From: an uncultured bacterium | GTDB taxonomy: Bacteria > Krumholzibacteriota > Krumholzibacteriia > LZORAL124-64-63 | NCBI GenBank assembly: GCA_963727525.1 | Contig: CAVSGO010000007.1 | Coordinates: 2,240,001-2,304,000 of the forward strand | Length of the DNA: 64,000 bases | Direction of reading: 5' to 3' | Part shown: in pieces, positions 58,401-64,000 of the stretch | Position numbering within the stretch: position 1 is the stretch's first letter | How the letters are laid out: every line of letters starts with the position of its first letter | The notes under the pieces: model-generated | Databases searched by the model: none | Told to the model about the DNA's origin: nothing | Seen by the model: the letters and a program-made list of their open reading frames with translations, nothing else | Made by a program: the position numbers and the translations under genes

Positions 58401-60163
58401 TGGGCCGGGTGCTCGACGGTGAGCACGCGCGGCACGCTCAGCCAGATCGCGGTGGCCGGGTCGCCCATCAGGTTGTTCCACACGGCCCAGATCTCCGCAT
58501 TGTCGGGCTCGGCCAGATAGTAGTTGGTGTACAACTCCAGCTTGCCGGAGGTGTGCGCCGCCCCGATGTGCGGATTGTCATGGTTCAGCAGCCCGTTCCA
58601 GGCACCGACGTAATAGCAGTTGTTATAGCGCGTGTGGGTGCCGAGGGTGGCGGTCGCGATCGCGGCCACCGCGCCGCCATTGGGGGCACGTAAGAAGGCC
58701 TCGGAGCGGCAAACCGTGGAACCGGCGAAGGATCCGGTGTCGCAGGTCGGTAAGATCGCGACGGGCAGACGGGCGCCATTCTCTAGAGCGTTGATCAGGC
58801 CGGTGGAGATGCCGCTCATGTCGAAGAAGCCGCGATAGCCGAACAGGCTCTTACCCCGGTTCAGCGACGAGTAGAAGAACCCGGAAAAATCACCGCTCCA
58901 GGCGGTGTCGACGGCCGTGTAGCCATGGGCCTGGAGCTGCCCCTTGAGCCACTGATTGACGTAGATGGTGGTGATGCCCGACGAGGCGGGGTCACCGATG
59001 AGGCTGGCCTCGGTGAACCAGGCCGTGTCGTCCATGGGTGGCGCTGTCTCGTAGCCGACGATCTTGGCCACGATCCGGTCGAGCATCGCGAGATCGTCGA
59101 AGGTGATGCGCCCGATGTGAGCGTCGGGCAGGATGTCGTCGCCATCGAGGAAGGTGTAGTAGTTGTCGCCTTCGCCGGCGTACCCCGACAGCGACTCGTG
59201 CCAGGTCGGCACGGCCCAGGTGCCGTACGTGTCGCCGGCGATCAGCACGTCGGTGAGTGGCGGCAGGTCGGGGTCGTCATACAGGGACTGAAGCTGCGCC
59301 TTGACGTCCGTGTTCGGACCCGGTCCGTGGATGATCTCAACGTGGTACCCCTGTTGCCGGCGCCAGGCGATGAGCGGCTGCAGATGGTCGAGCGCCGTCT
59401 GGTAGCCGTACACGAGGGCCCAGGTGCCCGGGCTGTCACCGGGCGCGGCGACACTGCGGTCGTCGGGCACGCCGAGCACCGCAGCGGGCAGCTGGCCGAT
59501 CAGCGCCTCGTTGGGCGCATGTCGCCGGCTTGCCGGTGCGGTCACGCCATCGCGCGCGTCGAAGCGCAGCTCGATCTCGACGCGGTTCGCCACCACGAGT
59601 CTCCCGCTCACCGGGTCGTAGGCCACGGGGATCACGTTCAACGGTACCACCGCCTGGCCCGCCAGCAGCTGCGGGGCGCCGACCACCACCGTCGGTCCGC
59701 CGTCTGTGCCCAGCTGCGTCACCCCGGCCGCCGTCGTCACGGGTGTCCAGCCGGGGCGGGCGTAGGCGGTCGTATCCAGCGCGAACCGGGTCGCGCTGGC
59801 GGGCTGCACCGGTAGCAGACGTCCGGCCGGCAGCTCGTGAGTCGTCGCCTTCACGACCCGTGCCCCCACGCGCGCTCCCGCCGGCACCGCCACGAGGCGC
59901 CCCACCGAGGGTAAGCCCGGCGTTCCGGGCGCGCCCACGAGACCGGCGCGATCGAGGCTCAGCGTCACGTACGGGGTCCCGTCCAGCTCGACGACCTCGC
60001 GCTGCAGATCCGGGATGACGACCTCGAGCCGCAGCGACGTCCCATTGCGCGCGAGGATGCGCCACATGGCGTCACCCGCCGCGGGTGCGGCGTCGGACGG
60101 CTGGACGAGGAGGAGCAAAAAAAGGACGGAAGGCATCGTCTTGAAGGCGCCACGACGGAGCAT
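55406..60163 (-). CDS. C25 (gingipain-like) cysteine peptidase with propeptide, accessory domains and FlgD tail
   Basis: RBS AAAGGAG; propeptide GAPGTPGLP; WRRQQGY, LIAGD, DNYY..LDGDDILPD..IGRI, PTCDTG, NLMGDP; NYPNPFNP. Confidence 0.88.
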   Translation of the reverse strand: MLRRGAFKTMPSVLFLLLLVQPSDAAPAAGDAMWRILARNGTSLRLEVVIPDLQREVVELDGTPYVTLSLDRAGLVGAPGTPGLPSVGRLVAVPAGARVGARVVKATTHELPAGRLLPVQPASATRFALDTTAYARPGWTPVTTAAGVTQLGTDGGPTVVVGAPQLLAGQAVVPLNVIPVAYDPVSGRLVVANRVEIELRFDARDGVTAPASRRHAPNEALIGQLPAAVLGVPDDRSVAAPGDSPGTWALVYGYQTALDHLQPLIAWRRQQGYHVEIIHGPGPNTDVKAQLQSLYDDPDLPPLTDVLIAGDTYGTWAVPTWHESLSGYAGEGDNYYTFLDGDDILPDAHIGRITFDDLAMLDRIVAKIVGYETAPPMDDTAWFTEASLIGDPASSGITTIYVNQWLKGQLQAHGYTAVDTAWSGDFSGFFYSSLNRGKSLFGYRGFFDMSGISTGLINALENGARLPVAILPTCDTGSFAGSTVCRSEAFLRAPNGGAVAAIATATLGTHTRYNNCYYVGAWNGLLNHDNPHIGAAHTSGKLELYTNYYLAEPDNAEIWAVWNNLMGDPATAIWLSVPRVLTVEHPAQVSVATGAVTVAVLDSSTPVAGARVCLFRDGEVQVSGVTDATGAVTLVTPPLTAGTCAVTVTGDGLLPYRGSLSVGVVDVACVLADRTLDDSAGNGDGQLNPGETVTLALAITNHGTQTATAVTGQLEGGDPWGSVMAGALSFGDVAPGATVWATTPATVAVDAAAPDGTVVSWPLQLASGSDVWMEVVQVTVHAAAFGVSGLVWSAGATFEPGQSGSLVITLANDGSLDAANVTATLATDSPWLQITDPAAVYGAIDAGSTADNALDPFAVSIAAECFPGHLAVLHLTLDDGAGGRTTAEVPVTVGTAATDAPTGPGAGGYYAFDDTDVASGHAPVFDWVALDPNDGGQGVPLELTDHGFEQDDTRTIDLPFTFRFYGVDFDRVSICSNGWLAMGETPLVNYRNTALPGADCPGSLIAAFWDDLYQLGAAQIYTYHDEVNRRFIVQWYHLNNDFSGAMQNFEIILLDPVWHPTATGDGAIILQYEQVNNTDSRDGFATVGLQNNDRTGGLLYTYWNQYAAGAAPLAAGRAIRFEPIGAVAIPTASVTPSTIEATTPPGGQVTRTLHISNTGVAGSVLGYTIDVVDPATLPPAVVRRTATPLPPDIQGSTLTFDTTNYDPGTTADIMVSVHAEGSSWLPLLSLVRLQCPPGVTLNTATDLMNAGSSVLPWLGPAGSGVLTTWDGLGGEFLYYIAAGTTATATVNLTFAPDIVGDLVFEYVLEDVGLFGDPDQVLGSVILASDQPYVALHTPTEGAVAVIGQELPVTFVAGNTSGLVDIALQRDMGGAWTDVATDVDAAAGSWTWLVTGDPGPYARIRIRDAQNASVADTSGVFTVGRDVSWVQLAETVGFVAAGTEDAVTITLQAATLAVGTYEAVLRVATSTGEVFPIPIALTVSTSTDVGDQVPDAVVLRGNYPNPFNPTTAIAFTLPRAMPVTLDVFATDGKRVRRLVEGELAVGAHDVIWDGTDARGRTVASGVYVVRLVTADGAAVRKMVLAK

Positions 60164-60409
60164 GGGAGGACTCCTTTGAATCAATGCTGTCTATATTGAC
60201 TAATAATACAGAAGTCGGCGCTATCGAGGCAATTCCCGATCAATGCGCTTTCCGGTCGGCGACGGCTCGTCCCGGATCACCGGACCACTCGGTTGCGCGA
60301 ACTCCAGTTCTCCCGGTCGAGGGCATGCAGCACCGCACCGGTGGGGCCGGCCGCGTGCGTGACCGCGGCGCGTAGCTTGGCCCCCGGCGCCAGCACACCC
60401 TCCCGTCGT

Positions 60410-61612
60410 TCATGGGCGGCTCTCCGGCATCGTGAAGACGAACACGTTGAACGAAGCGAAGCGGTGTGAACCGTAAGCGATACGCGTCGCATCGGGCGAC
60501 CAGCGCGGCCCGTACTCCGGATCCGGCGTGCTGATGAGCGACGCCTTGTGCGAGCCGTCCGTGTCCATGATCCAGATGTCGCGGGAATTGTCGCTGCGCT
60601 CGTAGACGATCTTGCCGTTCACGCCCCAGTCGGCCCAGCCGCCCGTCTCGGGGTCGGTGGAGAGGGCGGTGCGGTCGGCGCCCGGTATCGTGGTCGTCTT
60701 GAAGATCTGTGTAGCCACTCCCACGAAGTCCACGAAGACGATAGCGTCGCCGTCGTTCGGATTGAACCGAGGATTGGCGCCCGTCGTCAGTTCAGAGACC
60801 GCACCGCCGGAGTGCAGGAGCCGGATGACGAACGTCCCGATGTCGTTCTCGGAGCTATAGGCCAGGGTCACGCCGCCGGAGACGTCGCGCGACCATGCGG
60901 GCGTGCGATCCAGATAGCTCTGCATGGCAATGTCGGGAGCAATGTGCATCATGCTCGAGAAGTCCGGTGCGGCGACCCAGATCTCGTAGTCTCCATCCGT
61001 GTTGCCCGATCCCGTCGAGTTACTGCCGAAGGCGACGAACCCGGACTGGAAGTTGATGTCCGGCCAGTTCTCGTCGTACAGCGTGTTCGTCACGCGGATC
61101 GGCGCACCGCCAGTGGACGCGACGCGGAAGAGCTCGTACTGACCGTCCACGCGCTCGGTGTAGTAGATCCACGCGCCGTCGGCGGACCACGTCGGCTCAC
61201 CGGCTCCGCTCCCCGACTGCGTGTCGGTGAGCTGGATAACGCCCGGCTCCCAGACGAGGACGCTTCCCGCGGTAATGGAGTCGCCGCCAATCTCGACATC
61301 GACGGCCGCCGGGTTGGCCGCGACGTCGGGCATCACGGCGATGATCTCGTCGTCGGCCCAGCTCGTGATCGTCGCCATCTGGCCACCGATACGAACAACC
61401 CCGACCGCACGTGCCGTGCCGAAGCCACTGCCGGTGATCGTCACGAATGCACCCGGCCCGGCACCGAAGGGATACACGGCGGATATCATCGGTCCACCGC
61501 CTCCGCCACCAGCGTTACCGGAGTCGGTGGGGGAGTCGCCGCAGCCGCTGAGGAGTGCGGCAAACAAGATTGCGCCGGGGAGAATGACGTTCCAAGCGAT
61601 GCGTAGGTGCAT
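60410..61612 (-). CDS. Lipoprotein with IPT/TIG domain and TolB-like (PD40) beta-propeller
   Basis: Lipobox LSGC; VTITGSGFG..SWADDEI; PTWSADG, PRWSPD. Confidence 0.82.
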   Translation of the reverse strand: MHLRIAWNVILPGAILFAALLSGCGDSPTDSGNAGGGGGGPMISAVYPFGAGPGAFVTITGSGFGTARAVGVVRIGGQMATITSWADDEIIAVMPDVAANPAAVDVEIGGDSITAGSVLVWEPGVIQLTDTQSGSGAGEPTWSADGAWIYYTERVDGQYELFRVASTGGAPIRVTNTLYDENWPDINFQSGFVAFGSNSTGSGNTDGDYEIWVAAPDFSSMMHIAPDIAMQSYLDRTPAWSRDVSGGVTLAYSSENDIGTFVIRLLHSGGAVSELTTGANPRFNPNDGDAIVFVDFVGVATQIFKTTTIPGADRTALSTDPETGGWADWGVNGKIVYERSDNSRDIWIMDTDGSHKASLISTPDPEYGPRWSPDATRIAYGSHRFASFNVFVFTMPESRP

Positions 61613-61801
61613 CGAGCTCACCTCCAGTTAGTGGGTCTTCTCCAGTGGATGGCCGCGGTGCTGCAAGAGTAGGAGGCATCTTGGGGCATGGCGTCCGCTC
61701 TCCACATCCGCCCCTCTCACCCGCCCCCCATCCACAGCCGGAGGCTCTGCCTGATTCCTTGCCTTCCCGGCGCGCGCCATCGGCACGTCGTCGGCCATCG
61801 A

Positions 61802-64000
61802 TCACTTCACCAGCACCACGCGCTGCCGCGCCGATGACCTGCCGTCGCGCAGGGCCATGAAGTAGACGCCCGCCGGCGCCGGGTGGCCCGCCGCATCGCG
61901 TCCGTCCCAGATGACGCGGTGCGAGCCGGCGTCCAGGCCCGACCGATCGAAACGGCGCACCCGCGCGCCGCGCACGTCGAAGACGTCGATGGTGACGTTG
62001 GCTGGCGCGGGCAGATCGAAGGCGAGGACCGTCGAACCCGCGAAGGGATTCGGCCACGCCGGCCGCATGGCGGTACGCGTCACCCCGGCGGGTTCGGGGG
62101 TTGCAGTACTCGAAGACCCAGGATGCCAGACCGCGATGTGCGACGAGCCGGTCAGGCCCGCCTGCACGAACTCGCCCCCGACCCAGAGCTGCCCGTCCTG
62201 CGCGTCCAGCGCGTGACCTCGGTTGTCGAGACCCGAGCCGAGCGCCTGCCAGGCAATGCCATCCCAGCGCGCGATACGGCTGACCGGCTGCCCCTCGGCC
62301 TGAGCGAATTGGCCGGTCGCGTAGACGTCTGCACCGATCGACGCGATGTCGTCCACCGTGGTGATGATACCACCGCCAACTGCGTGCCAGTCGGTGCCGT
62401 CCCACATCGCGACGTGACTGGCGGGCAAGCCGCCGGCCTGACTGAAGGTCCCCCCCACGTAGAGCAGGCCGCCGACCTCGTGGATCGCATAGACGGCGCC
62501 GTTGGTGCCGGAGCCCAGCGGCTGCCACGCGTTGCCGTCCCAACGGGCGATGTTGTTGACCACGACGCCGTCGACGGTGGTGAAGCTGCCGCCCATCACC
62601 GGATCGCCCTGGTACGAGCCGAGGCTGTAGAGGATCTGCACGCCGCCGACGACACTCGTGCCCAGGGGATCGAAGTCGCTGCCGTTCCAACGGCCGAGCG
62701 TGTACTGTCCGTTCCACCGACCGTTGGCATACAACACGCCGCCCAGCGCGACCACGCCGCTGACGCTCGACAGCTGCGAGCCCGTCCCCATCGCGCTCCA
62801 TTGCGACCCGTCCCACCGTGCGATGTTGGAGACGGTCACGCCGCCGGCGGTGGCGAAGGAGCCGCCGACGACGAGGTCGTCCTCGAAGGTCGCCATGGCG
62901 CCGACGAAGTTGATATTGCCGCGGGGAATGCCGCTGCCCATCGGTTGCCAGGCGGCGCCATCCCAGGACGCGATCACGCCGGTCACGTTGCCGACGCGGG
63001 CGAAACCGCCACCGACGACCTCGGTGCCGTTCCAGTCGTGGAAACACTCCACCGTGCCGCTGGCGCCCTGACCCGAAGCAATGGGCGACCAGGTGCCGTC
63101 GTAGCGCGCGAGGCCCGGCATCCAGGCGCCTCCGATCGTACTGAATTCACCACCGGCGATCAGATCGCCCTCCCGCTCGACGAAGGTGTACGCCCCGCCG
63201 CCGGTAATGCCGATGGTGTTCCAGAAGATGCCGTTCCAGAGGTTGATGTTTCCCCAGGCGTCACCGGCCACGACATCGCTGCCCAGGGTGCCCAATGCGA
63301 GGGCCTCGCCGCCGAACGACGGCTCGCCCAGCGCGCTGAACGACGAGCCGTTCCAGGCCACGACGCCGTCGGTCACAACGCTACCGGCGCGCGCGAAGTA
63401 GCCGCCGACGATGAGCGAGCCGCCCGACACGGCCAGCGCGCTGCCATAGGCGTTGTCGATGTCGCCACTGTCGTCGCTCAGACCGCCGCCCACGCTGGAC
63501 CAGGCACTGCCGTTCCAGCGCGCGAGGTTGCCGGCGACCACGCCGTCGACGATGTCGAACTCGCCGCACACGTAGAGCGAGCCGCCGTAGCTCGCGACGT
63601 CGGCGACATCGCCGTTGGTGCCGTCGTTCATGCCGTTCCAGCTGGTGCCGTTCCAGATGGCGACACCACCGGCCGTGACCGCGCCGCCGCCAACGCTCGA
63701 GAAAAAGCCGCCCACGGCGAGGTCGGCGTTCCAGACCGATAAGCTCGACACGCTGCCACCGACCCCGCCGCCCACGTCGACCCACTGCGCGCCATCCCAG
63801 CGCGCCAGGCCGCCAGTGATTTCGCCGCCGGCATAAAGTTCGTTGTTCCAGACGACGAGAGCAGACACGTCCGCATCGAAGCCGTCGCCCATCGCGTTCC
63901 ACTGGGTCCCATCCCAGCGGGCAACGTTGCCTACCGCGAGGTCGCCCACGGCCGTGAATGCACCGCCGATCACGAGGTCGCCGTCGAAGACGGTGGACGC
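61802..64000 (-). CDS. Secreted WDG-repeat beta-propeller protein with FlgD tail (5' end outside window)
   Basis: More than 10 repeats LxVGGxFxxAGG...NIARWDGxxWxxLG; tail WPNPF..PAGVYF; frame open to the window edge. Confidence 0.85.
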   Translation of the reverse strand, partial: ASTVFDGDLVIGGAFTAVGDLAVGNVARWDGTQWNAMGDGFDADVSALVVWNNELYAGGEITGGLARWDGAQWVDVGGGVGGSVSSLSVWNADLAVGGFFSSVGGGAVTAGGVAIWNGTSWNGMNDGTNGDVADVASYGGSLYVCGEFDIVDGVVAGNLARWNGSAWSSVGGGLSDDSGDIDNAYGSALAVSGGSLIVGGYFARAGSVVTDGVVAWNGSSFSALGEPSFGGEALALGTLGSDVVAGDAWGNINLWNGIFWNTIGITGGGAYTFVEREGDLIAGGEFSTIGGAWMPGLARYDGTWSPIASGQGASGTVECFHDWNGTEVVGGGFARVGNVTGVIASWDGAAWQPMGSGIPRGNINFVGAMATFEDDLVVGGSFATAGGVTVSNIARWDGSQWSAMGTGSQLSSVSGVVALGGVLYANGRWNGQYTLGRWNGSDFDPLGTSVVGGVQILYSLGSYQGDPVMGGSFTTVDGVVVNNIARWDGNAWQPLGSGTNGAVYAIHEVGGLLYVGGTFSQAGGLPASHVAMWDGTDWHAVGGGIITTVDDIASIGADVYATGQFAQAEGQPVSRIARWDGIAWQALGSGLDNRGHALDAQDGQLWVGGEFVQAGLTGSSHIAVWHPGSSSTATPEPAGVTRTAMRPAWPNPFAGSTVLAFDLPAPANVTIDVFDVRGARVRRFDRSGLDAGSHRVIWDGRDAAGHPAPAGVYFMALRDGRSSARQRVVLVK

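Noticed and set aside
1-64000. CRISPR arrays, rRNA and tRNA genes
   Set aside because: No regularly spaced direct repeats or rRNA-like segments seen; repeats in the window are protein-level (FG-GAP, LVIVD, WDG)

Overview
High-GC bacterial window. By inference from its secretome signatures it comes from an FCB-superphylum candidate lineage such as Ca. Krumholzibacteriota/Latescibacterota. Core content: a sensor-MCP chemotaxis pair, a pentose-phosphate operon (tkt-rpiB-tal/pgi-gnd-zwf, with pgl on the opposite strand), lexA, an imuA-imuB pair without dnaE2, two PAS histidine kinases, and a surface-glycan locus (GT-C-like, GtrA, flavoprotein, PssD/PssE). Much of the window encodes secreted proteins. 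Nine end in a FlgD-Ig/T9SS-CTD-like domain (PNPFNP...). Three smaller ones end in a short shared tail, TW[GS]x[IV]KxxF-stop, a candidate uncharacterised C-terminal sorting signal. A fourth copy of that tail lies exactly in frame behind the TGA stop of a gingipain-like (C25) gene. Other highlights: a shared CAGAC-N4-GTCT palindrome in the lexA and imuA promoters (candidate SOS box), a complete 1223-bp IS with 19-bp inverted repeats and a 3-bp target duplication, a lower-GC XRE module next to a truncated DUF4402 gene, and several gene remnants. No rRNA, credible tRNA or CRISPR array was seen. Family assignments are from motif recognition only; no database searches were run.
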